Below are positions 24,940 through 36,862 of a DNA stretch of 64,000 nt, piece by piece (position 1 is the first letter of the stretch; every line of letters begins with the position of its first letter). The notes below the pieces were generated by a model that saw only the letters and a list, made by a program, of their open reading frames with translations, was not told where the DNA came from and made no database searches. The stretch lies in the NCBI RefSeq assembly GCF_030028105.1, contig NC_092384.1, positions 67,831,548 to 67,895,547 of the forward strand, read 5' to 3'. Made by a program: the position numbers and the translations under genes. Source of the DNA: Mobula birostris (lineage: Eukaryota).

Positions 24940-27790
24940 CTAGTCCCACCGACCTGCACTCAGCCCATAACCCTCCATTCCTTTCCTGTCCATATAGCTG
25001 TTCAATTTTAACTTTAAATGACAACATCGAACCTGCCTCAACCACGTCTGCTGGAAGCTCATTCCACACAGCTACCACTCTCTGAGTAAAGAAGTTCCCC
25101 CTCATGTTACCCGTAAACTTCTGCCCTTTAACTCTCAACTCATGTTCTCTTGTTTGAATCTCCCCCACTCTCAATGGGCAAAGCCTATCCACATCAATAT
25201 CTATCCCCCTCATAATTTTAATACCTCTATCTAGTCCCCCCTCAACCTCCTACACTCCAAAGAATAAAGACCCAACTTGTTCAACCTTTCTCTGTAACTT
25301 AGGTGATGAAACCTAGGTAGCATTCTAGTAAATCTTCTCTGCACTCTCTCTGTTTTGTTGACATCTTTCCTATAATTCGGTGACCAGAACGGTACACAAT
25401 ACTCCAAATTTGACCTCACCAATGCCTTGTACAATTTCAACATTACATCCCAACTCCTATACTCAATGCTCTGATTTATAAAGGCTAGCATACCAAAATC
25501 TTTCTTCACCACCCTATCCACATGAGATCTTCAGGGAACTATGCACCATTATTCCTAGATCCCTCTGTTCTACTACATTCTTCAATGCCCTGCCATTTAC
25601 CATGTATGTCCTATTTTGATTAGTCCTACCAAAATGTAGCACCTCACATTTATCAGCATTAAACTCCATCTGCCATCTTTCAGCCCACTCTTCTAATTGG
25701 CCTAAATATCTCTGCAAGCTTTGAAAACCTACTTCATTATCCACAACTCCACCTATCTTAGTATCATCTGCATACTTACGAATCCAATTTACCACCCCAT
25801 CATCCAGATCATAAATGTATATGACAAACAACATTGGACCCAGTACAGATCCCTGAGGCACACCACTAGTCATCGGCCTCCAATCTGACAAACAGTTATG
25901 CACCACTACTCTCTGGCGTCTCGCATCCAGCCACTGCTGAGTCCATTTTACTACTTCAATATTAATACCTAACGATTGAACCTTCCTAACTAACCTTCCG
26001 TGTGGAACCTTGTCAAAGGCCATATGGACAACATCCACCGCTTTACCCTCATCAACTTTCCTAGTAACATCTTTAAAAAATTCAATAAGATTTGTCAAAC
26101 ATGACCTTCCACGCACAAATCCATGTTGACTGTTCCTAATCAGACCCTGTCTGTCCAGATAATTATATATACCATTTCTAAGAATACTTTCCATCAATTT
26201 ACCCACCACTGACATCAAACTCACAGGCCGATAATTGCTAGGTTTACTCTTAGAATCCTTTTTAAACAATGGAACAACATGAGCAATACACCAATCCTCT
26301 GGCGCCATCCCCGTTTCTAATGACATTTGAAATATTTCTGTCAGAGCCCCTGCTATTTCCACACTAACTTCCCTCAAGGTCCTAAGGAATATCCTGTCGG
26401 GACCCGGAGGCTTATCCACTATTATATTCCTTAAAAGCGCCAGTACTTCCTCTTCTTTAGTCATCATAGTTTCCATAACTTCCCTACCTGTTTTCCTTAC
26501 CTTACACAATTCAATATCCTTCTGTTTAGTGAATACTGAAGAAAAGAAATTGTTCAGAATCTCCCCCATCTCTTTTGGCTCCACACATAGCTGTCCGCTC
26601 TGATTCTCTAAGGGACCAATTTTATCCCTCACTATCCTTTTGCTATCAATATAACGGTAGAAACCCTTGGGATTTATTTTCACCTTACTTACCAAAGCAA
26701 CCTCATATTTTCTTTTAGCTTTTCTAATTTCTTTCTTACGATTCTTTTTACATTCTTTATATTCCTTGAGCATATCGTTTACTCCATGCTGTCTATATTT
26801 ATTGTAGATATCTGTTTTTCCAAACCAAGTTTCCAATATCCCTTGAAAACCATGGCTCTCTCAAACTTTTAACCTTTCCTTTCAACCTAACAGGAACATA
26901 AAGATTCTGTACCCTCAAAATTTCACCTTTAAATGACCTCCATTTCTCTATTACATCCTTCCCATAAAACAAATTGTCTCAATCCACTCCTTCTAAATCC
27001 TTCCGCATCTCCCTAAAGTTAGCCTTTCTCCAATCAAAAATCTCAACCCTGGGTCATAATTATATTGAAACTAATGGCATTGTGGTCACTGGACCTGAAG
27101 TGCTCCCCAATGCAAACCTTCGTCACGTAACCTATCTCATTCCCTAACAGGAGATCCAACACTGCCCCTTCTCTAGTTGGTACCTCTATGTATTGCTGTA
27201 AAAGACTATCCTGCACACATTTTACAAACTCCAAACCATCCAGCCCTTTTACAGTATGGGCTTCCCAGTCTAAGTGTGGAAAATTAAAATCTCCCACAAT
27301 CACAACCTTGTGCTTACTACAAATATCTGCTATCTCCTTACAAATTTGCTCCTCCAGTTCTCACTCCCCATTTGGTGGTCTACAATACACCCCTATAAGT
27401 GTTACTACACCTTTCCCATTCCTCAATTCCACCCAAATACCCTCTAATCCATCCTGCCAGAACACCGCTGTAATATTTTCTCTGACAAGCAATGCAACAC
27501 CTCTCCCTCTTGTCCCTCCGATTCTATCACACCTGAAGGAATTAAATCCAGGAATATTTAATTGATAATCACACCCCTCCTGTAACCATATTTCACTAAT
27601 AGCTACCACATCATACTTCCAGGTATCAGTCCATGCTTTAAGCTCATTCACCTTCCTTATAGTGCTCCTAGCATTAAAATAATTGCATTTATGAAATTTT
27701 CCACCTCTTACTCTCTGTTTATCACTAATGGTGCGAACAACTTTACTATATTCTTTTTCTTCCTTCCTCCCTACATCTGTTCCTACACTC
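24940..27790 (-). pseudogene. CR1 ORF2 (AP endonuclease + reverse transcriptase), broken by frameshifts, stops and deletions
   Basis: APE motifs YFNARS, DVVAISEIWL, IGVYCRPP, VGDFNFP, LDLLL, SSDHNAI. RT motifs NYRPVSL, QHGF..GRSCLTNL, SGVPQGSVLGP, KYADDTK. C-terminus YKALVRSNLEYC...FFTQRVV. Split over five track ORFs; start approximate. Confidence 0.93.
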
Positions 27791-27812
27791 TGGTTCACCT
27801 CCCCCCTTGCAT

Positions 27813-28754
27813 TTAGTTTAAATCCACTGGAGCCTCTCCAGCAAACCGACCTGCAAGAATATTTGTCCCCCTCCAGTTCAGATGTGAACCGTCCCACCGG
27901 AACAGGTCCCACCTTCCCTGGAAAACTGCCCAATTATCTATAAATCTGAAGCCCTCCCTCCTTCACCATGTCTTCAGCCATGTGTTGATCTGCGCTATCT
28001 TACTATTTCTAAACCCGCCTGCATGTGGCACTGGTAGCAATCCTGAGATTGCTATTCTGGAGGTCCTATCCTTTAACTTGGCGCCTAACTCCCTAAGCTC
28101 ACCTTTCAGGACCTCCTCACTCTCTCTACCCACATCATTGGGCCCTACATGGACCACGACATCCGGCTGCTCACCCTCCCTCTTGAGAATACCGAGAACT
28201 CGATCCGAGATATTGCGGACCTTGGCACCAAGGAGACAACAGACTATCCGAGATTCTCGATCCCTTCCACAGAACCTCTTATCTGTCCCCTTAACTATTG
28301 AATCCCCTATCACTACTGCTCTCCTCTTTTCCCTCCTTCCCTTCTGAACTGAGGGTCCAGTCTCGGTGCCAGAGATGCAACCTCTGCAACTTGTCCCCGA
28401 TGGGTCGTCCCCATCAACAGTATCCAAAATGATGTACTTCTTATTGGTGGGAACGGCCACAGAGGTGCTCTGCTCATTCTGTCTGTTCCCCTTCCCTCTC
28501 CTGACAGTCACCCAGCTACCTGTCTCCTGACTCTTAGGGGTGACTATCTCCCTGTAACTCCTATTTATTTCTGCCTCTGCCTCCCGAATGATCCGAAGTT
28601 CATCCAGCTCCAGCTTCAGTTCCCTAACTTGGTTTGTCAGGAGCTGCAGCTGGATGCACCCTTTACAGGTGTAGTCATCAGGGACGATTGTGCTCGCCCT
28701 GACTTCCCACATACTGCAAACGAAGCACTCAACTGCCCTAACTGCTGCCTCCAT
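27813..28754 (-). pseudogene. CR1 ORF1: N-terminal CxxC zinc finger/leucine zipper plus SGNH/GDSL esterase domain, with one premature stop
   Basis: CFVC...CKGC and heptad leucines; esterase blocks VIGDSIV and VVVHVGPNDVG. In-frame TGA at 27963-27965; the same frame continues with ...WDGSHLNWRGTNILAGRF... (DxxH-type block) to TAA at 27813. Confidence 0.9.
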
Positions 28755-29219
28755 TACCTACTCTTAAGGTAATTAGATTTATTAAAGGAATTTACCCGGC
28801 CTTACCTCACTTGGAGTGAAGCACGTCCTCAGCCTCTGCTCGCCAAAGCCTCAGGAGCCAAAGCCTTCCTACTCTGTCTCCCTCTACTCCGTCGCCCGCT
28901 CCGTTAATCTTCTTGCTTTTAAACACTCCTGCTGCCTCACAGTCCGACTTACACGTGCGTACGCAGTCATGCCCCGTTCAAGTGCCGAAGAAATGACCAA
29001 CCTGCACAATCTTCTCGCTTTTAAACACTCCCACTGCCTCATGGTCCGACTTACTCGCACTTGCGCAGTCATGCCCCGTTCAACTGTGGAAGAAATGCTT
29101 GTGAAAATAAATTAATGTACTTACCTTACTGGGGCGTCACAGTCGCGTAGCACTTCGTGCAATGCTTTCCAGCACCAGCTGTAAGATCAGGGTTCAATTC
29201 CCACTGCTGTTTACAAGGA

Positions 29220-30170
29220 TGAGAAAATCTGCAGATGCTGGAAATCCGAGCAACACAGACAAAATGCTGGAGGAACTCAGCAGGTCAGGCAGCATCTATG
29301 GAAAAGAGTACAGTTGACATTTCAGGCTGAGACCCTTCATCAGGACTGCAAAAAAAGATGAAAAGTTAGAGCAATAAGGTGGGGGGAAGAGGAGGAAAAA
29401 GTACAAGGTGGTAGGTGATAGGTGGAACGAGGAGAGGTTGAAGGGTAAGTAACCAGCTGGGAAGCTAGTAAAAGTAAAAAAGATAAAGGGCTAGAGAAGG
29501 GGGAATCTTGATAGGAGAACGTAGAAGCCCATGGAAGAATGGGAAGGGAGAGGAGCACCAGAGGGAGATGACAGAGAAGTGGAACAAGTGCCATACCTGT
29601 CCCTACACCTCCTCCCTTAATAACATTCAGGGGCCCAACCAGTCCCTCCAGGTGAGGTGAACCTTCACCTGTGAGTGTGTTGGGATCATCTACTGTATCC
29701 AGTGCTCCCAGTGCAGCCTCCTGTATATTGGTGAGACCCGACATAGATTGGGAGACCACTTCGCCGAACAGCTGTCTGCTGGAAAAAGCCGTATCTCCCG
29801 GTGGCCACCCATTTCAATTCTACTTCCCATTCCCATTCCGGCATGTCAATCCATGCCCACCTTTTCTGCTGTGATGAGGTCACACTCAGATTGGAGGAGC
29901 GACACCTTATATTCTGTCTTGGTAGCCTCCAACCTGATGGCACGAACATCAATTTCTGAAACTTTCAGTAATTGCTTCCCTCACACCTTCTTCACCATTC
30001 CCATTCCCATTCCCATTCCCATTTCCCTCTCTCACCTTATCTCTTTACCTGCCCATCACCTCCCTCTGGTGCTCCTTCCTCTTCTCTTTCTTCCATGGTC
30101 TTCTACCCAGTCCTATCAGCCTTTTCCATAGATGCTGGCCAGCCTGCTGAGTTCTTCCAGCATTTTGTGG
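29220..30170 (+). mobile_element. Penelope-like element remnant with GIY-YIG endonuclease fragment and inverted 5' terminal repeat, inserted in a V-SINE
   Basis: ~29577-29970 reads ...FTCECVGIIYCIQCSQCSLLYIGETRHRLGDHFAE (IIY...YIG motif). Inverted terminal repeat 29220-29570; partially deleted direct repeat 30120-30168. Confidence 0.88.
29311..29348 (-). ncRNA. Hammerhead motif, core intact with a stem I mismatch
   Basis: Minus strand reads CAGUC-CUGAUGA-A-GGGUCUCAGCCU-GAAA-UGUC-AACUG. Confidence 0.55.
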
Positions 30171-32856
30171 GTATCTGTAAGGAATTTGTACATTCTCCCT
30201 GTGACAGTGTGAGTTTCCTTTGGGTTGGAATTAGTGAGATGCTTGTATGCTCTATTGGTGCCGAAAGCATGCAGACACTTGTGGGCTGCTCCCAGCACAT
30301 CTTCACTCAAAAGGTGTATTTTATTTATTTATTTATTTATTTATGGTATCTTTCTATTTAATATCTCGCTCGGGTGCCAAAGACTTTTGCAGAGTACTGT
30401 AATAATTTTATGAGTTGTACTATACTGCTGCCACAAAAAAACCCTCAAATTTCGTGGGAATAGTGAGTTGGGGGGGAGGTTGAATGTTTTTCTCTGAATG
30501 GGTTCCATGGTTTTCTTTGTCACATGGCTGTTTGTGGGAAGATGAATCGCAGAGATATATACTGCAAACAGACCTTTATGATAAATATACTTTGAATCTT
30601 TGAATCTAGAATCTTTGCTGATAAACCTAATTCTAATATGAGACTCTTCTGTAGACTGAGAGTGGGAAGGGGGTAGGGAGAGTGGAATCGTGCTTGGGAA
30701 AGGTGGAAGGGAGAGGGGAGGGAGCAGGAAGCACTAGAGAGGCATTCTGCCATGAACGATAAGCTAATTATTTGGAATCAAATGACCTTGCCTGGTGTTT
30801 CAGGTCTTGGTGTGGCTGAACCCATGTAAATGCCTGCATTGGCACTCCTTTTCTGCCACCTGTCCCACACCCGTCCCACGGCGCTCCACCCTTGCCATTC
30901 CCAATATCTTCTGCTTCCGCCAGGTTTTCAAACCCGCTCTCTGCTCCAAGTTGATAAATACAGTACTATGCAAAAGCCTTTGGCACCCTTGCTGTTTATA
31001 TGTGCCCAGACATTTGCACGGTACTGTACATGTGACAAATAAACCTGATCTTTATTTAAACATGGACGCATTTAATTGGTAGAAATTATTAATTGGTAAG
31101 TGTATATTGGATGCTTTAACAGCAGGTTGTTTATGATGACTGAGCCCTTCCTCATCCCTTATTTGGTCAAATGTTCCGGATTGACATGCAGAGAATAGCC
31201 GGCTGATAATTCTGTGTTATTCCTTGTTTATCTCCAATTTTTCTTCTTGACCTGGCCAGTTTTACCACCTTGCCAACTTCATCTTGAACGTGATTTATTC
31301 CCGGTTAAAAAAAAAACCTCTTCACAACTCCCATGCATGCCACTATGTTTTTCCTCTCTGAGAAGCAATGCATTAGTCCCTTTGTATTGCGTGGGTAAAG
31401 CTAGTATTACTGAGAATAAGTCAGTGCCTTAAATAATGATGATGCATGAAAGATGACTTTAGGGCTGGGGTGCAGTTCAGTCTGCAATATACCGAGTCTC
31501 CCGCAGATTTTGCAAAGTTAGCAAAAAGTCTTCAAATTGAAAGCAAGCGTTCTTGAATTCAGCTGATTTGTTACTTTAGAATATATAACCTACCATTTCA
31601 GAGGATAGGTTTTGAGAAATAATATTACCAAATATATCTAATGCTTGAAGGTAGTTTCAGATGAAGCAATAACAATCTCAGTCCTGTAAAATCAGTACTA
31701 TTTATATTGTCCTTCACCAGATGTTGTTTCCATCAAGGTTACTATCTTCTTCTTCTTCTTCTTAAGCCCATCATCTCTCCTGGGGCATAGGCCGCTTACA
31801 GCGGTTTGCCTGATTCCCCCGTCCTGGGCCCGTCCCTCAAGCTGTCCCCAGGTGTAACACATCTTGGTGAAGATCCTTCCTCTCCCAGGTGACGTCTTTG
31901 GAGCCTTTGTTGATGTTCCTATAGCTCTGGGCTTTTTACAGGTTGGGGTTGGTTGCCTCATGCCCAGCCATCATCCTTTCGCAGCCGGGCTGGAGATCAT
32001 CCGTGGCAGAGTTAAGGTTACTTTAACATTTGATATATTGTTGAGAATATTCAAAACGGATTCTTGAGTGGGATAGTTGTGGATCACAGATGAGTAGGTG
32101 ACAACTGATGTATTTTCAGGTCCTGTAACTAACCCATTGTTATTCATTTTATAATGTTGTGCATTCTTGGCACTTGGCCATTGTCCTGAGATATGTACTA
32201 GAGTCTGTAGCAGATATTTTTAATCATTTTACAAAGTGCAAATATTGAAAAATAAGGGTAAACTAAAAGACTATATCCATAAGCATTCACAGTTGAAGGT
32301 TCTGGTGTTTTGAACTTGAATTTAATATTTAATGGGGGCTGCAGTTCAAGACATTTAACTATGCATGGATTAGAATTAGTCAGAATCAATTTTTTAAAAA
32401 TCTCAACTTGGAGCCCAGCGCAATTATAAACAGACCATTCAAGGTTTTTTTTGGGGCATGGAATGACCAGCTAATGTTCTTCTGGATGTTAGATTGGCAT
32501 TATAAATATTATCATGAGGCTGACAGCCTCTAAGTTAACCTCTTGTGTTTAATTGGCTTTCTGGCCTACAGTTTGGAGGTTTTGGATTTTGCCTTTTTTG
32601 CTGGTCTTAATGCACCATGCCAGCTGTCTTCTGCAGCTGACTTAAGGGATATTTCTTTGTCGTTAGCTATTTTTTTTTGTTTCTCCCTGTGGTGCAGCAT
32701 TTTTTTATTGTTATCAAACACTTCAACAGCCAATTGATTTTGTTTAGTGCCTTTTTAATAGAGGAAAAGGTCTCAAAATGTTTCATTAGACAAAATATAA
32801 ATGAGAGCAGGTGGGAATAATCTTAATAATCCTGCAAAGAGTTAATCATAAAATAG

Positions 32857-33465
32857 AGTCTTAGAACACAACAGCACAGAAGCAGGCCCTTCGGTCTATT
32901 TAGTCTGTGCTGAACTGTCTGTTTATTGAGATACAGTGCCGAATAGGCCCTTCGAACCACACTATCCAGCAATCCCCCTATTTAATCCTAACCTAATCAC
33001 AGGACAATTTACAATGACCAATTAACCTACTAACTGGTATGTCTTTGGAAGCCCACACAGTCACAGGGAGAACAGACAAACTCCTTACAGGCAGCGGCAG
33101 GAATTGAACCCAAGTCATTGGTACTGCAAAGCGTTGTGCTAACCTCTACGCTACTGTGCCGCCACGTTATTAATCTGACTAGTCCCATTGACCTGCACCC
33201 GGACCACAGCCTTCCATACCCTTCCCACCCATGTACCTATCCAAATTTCTCTTAAATGTTGAAACTGAACACACATCTATCACTTCTACTGGCAGCTCAT
33301 CCCACACTCTCACCACCCTCTGATGGAAGAAGTTCTTCTTCATGTTCCCCATAAACATTTCCCCTTTCACACTTACCATGACCTCTAGTTCTAGTCTCAC
33401 CCAACCTCAGTGGAAAAACCCTACTTACATTTACCCGATTTGTACCCCTCATAATTTTGTATACC
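32857..33465 (-). mobile_element. CR1 3' fragment
   Basis: VKGEMFMGNMKKNFFHQRVVRVWDELPVEVI...FKRNLDRYM...GQWD*. Confidence 0.82.
32921..33165 (-). mobile_element. V-SINE nested in a CR1 3' fragment
   Basis: Same signature as 7955-8218; the flanking CR1 3' end (32857-33465) is interrupted. Confidence 0.8.
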
Positions 33466-33520
33466 TACAAAATGGCATACTTGATGTACTGTGTTTTATT
33501 GGGTGTTGTATATTGATAAA

Positions 33521-33680
33521 AACACAAGAAATGATGCAGATGCTGAAAATCCAAAGCAACACACACAAAATGCTGGACGAACCCAGCAGGACATGCAGCA
33601 TCCATGGAAAAGAATAAACAGTGAACATTCTGGACTGGCAAGGAAGGGGGAAGATGCCAGAATAAAAAAGTGGGTGGGTG
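33521..33680 (-). mobile_element. PLE terminal-repeat fragment with the hammerhead core deleted
   Basis: ACACACAAAATGCTGGACGAACCCAGCAGG...GCAGCATCCATGGAAAAG family signature. Confidence 0.7.
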
Positions 33681-33864
33681 GGAAAACATTAATAATTGAA
33701 TTATGATATATTTATTGATTATTCTGGCAGTCTGGTCTCTGATCTCTAAATTGGGAAAGCAAGGGTCCAGCTACTAACCCATCAGTAAATCTTCTCATTC
33801 ATATTTTTATGATTTCATCACTTTATGAGTTCCTTGCATTAATATTTTTAAGGTTTGTATTTAA

Positions 33865-34092
33865 GGGGAGGCGAAGGGGGATCTTCTTCACTCAGAGGGT
33901 GGTGCGGGAGCGAAATGAGCTACCAATGGAAGCAGCAGATGCAGGTTCCACTTCAACTTTTAAGAGAAGAACATGGAACGGGAGGGGTATAGAGAGCTGT
34001 GGTCCAGGTGTGGGTTGCTGGGGCTATGCAGAAAAACAGCTTGGCATGCACTAGATGGGCTGAAGGGCCTGTATCTGTGCTGCAGTACTCTC
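33865..34092 (+). mobile_element. CR1 3' end
   Basis: RGIFFTQRVVRERNELPMEAADAGSTSTFKR; GGGCTGAAGGGCCTGTATCTGTGCTG. Confidence 0.78.
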
Positions 34093-34275
34093 TGGCTGGT
34101 ATTCCTCTGTCCAGCACTTTTTTTTGGCTATGGAAGGTTAAAAGGGCGAATGCCATTTGTCTACTTGACTCTCTGTTCCTGTTGTGAGTATCTTGTTGCT
34201 CCATGTACAGCTTTTACCGATAGTTTTGGAAATTATTTTATTTGGGCAGTGTTCTATGACTCTATGAATCAAAAC

Positions 34276-34356
34276 CAGGGGTTCCCAAACTGGGGTCCAT
34301 GGATCCCCTGCTTAATGGTATTGGTCCATGGCATAAAAAAAACTTGGGAACCCCTG
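34276..34356. mobile_element. 81-bp hAT/Charlie-type MITE
   Basis: Perfect 13-bp TIR CAGGGGTTCCCAA / TTGGGAACCCCTG; imperfect 8-bp TSD ATCAAAAC / TTCTAAAC. Confidence 0.8.
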
Positions 34357-35277
34357 TTCTAAACAGTTTAATTATAATACCAATGCATTGTCAAGCAAAA
34401 CCAATCTTAATCATAGAAAAGCATCTCTCACTTCTCACCTTGCTGATTTAGTGAAGGATTTTCAAAAATATTGATAATTGAAAGAGCTTTACTGCTTTGG
34501 AGCAATCTTCGACTGAGAAATTAAATATATTATTCCATCAAATCAGTTAGGTTTATATCATTGCTAACCAGATGCTCCAAAATATCACTAGCAATAGAAT
34601 CAGAATCAGGTTTAATATCAGCGGCATATTTCGTGAAATTTGTTCACTTTGCAACAGCAGTACAACGCAATACACAGTAATAGAGAGAGAAGAAAACCGT
34701 GAAATACAGTTAATATGTATAATAGTTAAATTAAATAAGTAGTGCAAGAAAATTTTAAAAGTAGCAGGGTAGTGTTCATGGATTCAATGTCCATTCAGAA
34801 ATTAATGGCTGAGGGGAAAAATCTGTTTCAGAATCATCGAGTGGTAGAATAATAAGAGCTCGATTGTTTATTGTCATTCTTCAGTACACCAGTGTAAAAG
34901 AGAACAAAATGAGTGAAAGGAGATGTACACTCTCAAAAGTGAAACCGTTCGCCGTTTCCACTGCTGTGCCGCCGATGTGAAGAGGAGTGTGAGCTGCATT
35001 CACATCGAAAAGAATGGGAAGTAGATGTTGGAATGGATGAAGTTTTCTGATTTCTAGTCCTGGAAATCAGGCTCTTGCTCTTCCCCACTCTTTTCTTTTG
35101 ATTGCTGTAATTGTTGATGTTAACAAAATATTTTCCAGAATTCAATACATTATTGTGTAATTTATAATCTTCAATTAGTGAAAATTAATGAGAAAATCAA
35201 ATTTGCACTTTAGAAAGTGCATGAACTAAACAGTGGACAAGATCAGTTTTGAAATGCTAACACTTACAATTTATTAG

Positions 35278-35560
35278 TTAATTGCCCGCTACGCTGCTGG
35301 TGTTTAGGGCAGCAATGAAGGTCCTCCATCTCTGTCTGATATCTTAACCTTAATTATTTTTTGACCAGTCAGGGTTTTTAGCCCTGAGCTGATCCTTTGA
35401 ACCTGGAGGACCGGTGGACCACCCTTAGTCTGACCTCTACCCTTTAACCTGTTTAGCATGGGTGACCCTACGAAGAACTGAAGTACAAGGCCCTGACTCC
35501 AGCCAACATAGCTCTCTGGGTCATTGAGGCATGTAAGCCTTCAATCCCTCCAAGGTGGTG
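35278..35560 (-). repeat. Copy of the same interspersed repeat
   Basis: Direct similarity to 48555-48935. Confidence 0.7.
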
Positions 35561-35574
35561 GTCTTCTTGGAGGA

Positions 35575-35760
35575 ACATATACAAAATGATGGAGGAACTC
35601 AAGCAGGTCAGACAGCATCTATGGAAAGGGTTAAGCAGGTCCAAAATGTCCACTGTTTATTCCTCTCTATAGATGCTGCCTGACCTGTTGTTCCTCCAGC
35701 ACTGTGTGTGTGTGTGTGTGTGACTCTGGATTTCCAGCATTTGAAGAATCTTTGGTGTTT
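35575..35760. mobile_element. Fold-back PLE terminal-repeat derivative
   Basis: GGAGGAACTCAAGCAGGTCAGACAGCATCTAT and ATAGATGCTGCCTGACCTGTTGTTCCTCC form inverted arms; (TG)n expansion at 35703-35722. Confidence 0.75.
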
Positions 35761-36592
35761 CTGAAATGCTGAAGCCTTTTCATTATCGTTGCTCAGCTAG
35801 GCAGCCATTTGAGGAGTTTACAAGAGGTTAGTAGGATCCTTAAAGAAATGCTTCTCAGAAGATCAAATACAGTAGGCAGAGATGAATTGAATGTGTATTA
35901 CCTGTGGAAGAATTACGTTTGATAGGCTAACAAACTTCTCATTTTCCATGCATGTTAACACAGCACTGTCTCTTGTTTGAAGAGTATGAAGAATGGAAGA
36001 AATGATAACAGTGAGCTCTTCTGAGCTTAAGGCTGTCCACTTGATCAGAATTGCACTTGAAATAATTGGAATTATTCACTAAACTATACCGCTCACATTT
36101 ATTAGATCTACAGTTCTTGATTGCAAGCTATTGATTAACCTGAAAATGCTACTTAATTTCACACTCTGTGTACATGAAATCAGAAATCATAGCAGATCAT
36201 TTTTGCCTATTAAGTCAGTAATTACACTGTCAGTCCCCCGAGGACAGAAATGACATTAGCATATGGTTTTGTGTGCATCCAGGTGTTTCATGTGTCTCTT
36301 TCATAGGTCACTATCCTTTATGGAATTCTGTGACAGCCATAAACAATGGATTTGACTTTGCTTGCAATCGGCTCTTCAAATTGCGTTTTGTTATCAACAT
36401 CTGGTACCACAGGCTATCAGATCAGGAGCTTGTGCTTTTGTTTGTTAATGTAGGGTACATTACTAGGATGAAGCAAGGACTCCTGCAAGAACACACGGTA
36501 ACCCATTTCCACTACTACCATTGCACAGCTCTTGTGTACCGTTCACTATTGAAGTCCCAAATGGTATCGATTTTGCAGTATAAGGGGGAAAA

Positions 36593-36852
36593 GGGGTGAC
36601 ATGGTAGCATAGTGGTTAGCACAGTCGTTTACAGTACAGATGACCTGGATTCAATTCCAGCCACTGCCTGTAAGAAGTTTGTACGTTCTCCCCGTGACCA
36701 AGTGGGTTTCCTCCCACAGTCCAAAGACTAACTGGTTGGTAGGTTAATTGGTCATTGTAAATTGGTTGAGATTAAGTCAGAGGATTGCTGGTGGCATGGC
36801 TCCAAGATCCGGACTGGCCTACTCTGCACTGCATCTCAATAACAATAATAAT
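36593..36852 (+). mobile_element. V-SINE (HE1-like)
   Basis: A box TGGTAGCATAGTGGTTAGC, B box GATTCAATTCC, V-domain GTACGTTCTCCCCGTGACC...TTCCTCCCACAGTCCAAAGAC. Confidence 0.82.
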
Positions 36853-36862
36853 AGTAACAAGA

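Larger units (their letters stand above)
24855..29097 (-). mobile_element. Near full-length CR1-clade LINE, inactivated
   Basis: Ordered on the minus strand: CpG-containing 5'UTR (28755-29097), ORF1, ORF2 (APE + RT), CR1-type 3'UTR (GGGCCGAGATGGCCTGTTTCC) and a short (TATAGTTA)-like tail near 24855-24880. Confidence 0.95.
29131..30305 (+). mobile_element. V-SINE split by the PLE insertion (29131-29219 and ~30174-30305)
   Basis: Head with B box GGTTCAATTCC at 29191; body resumes at CTGTAAGGAATTTGTACATTCTCCCTGTGAC. Confidence 0.72.

Noticed and set aside
36273-36599. 108-aa ORF with an acceptor-like TCTTTCATAG near 36306
   Set aside because: No recognisable protein similarity, weak donor, and no neighbouring exons in phase.
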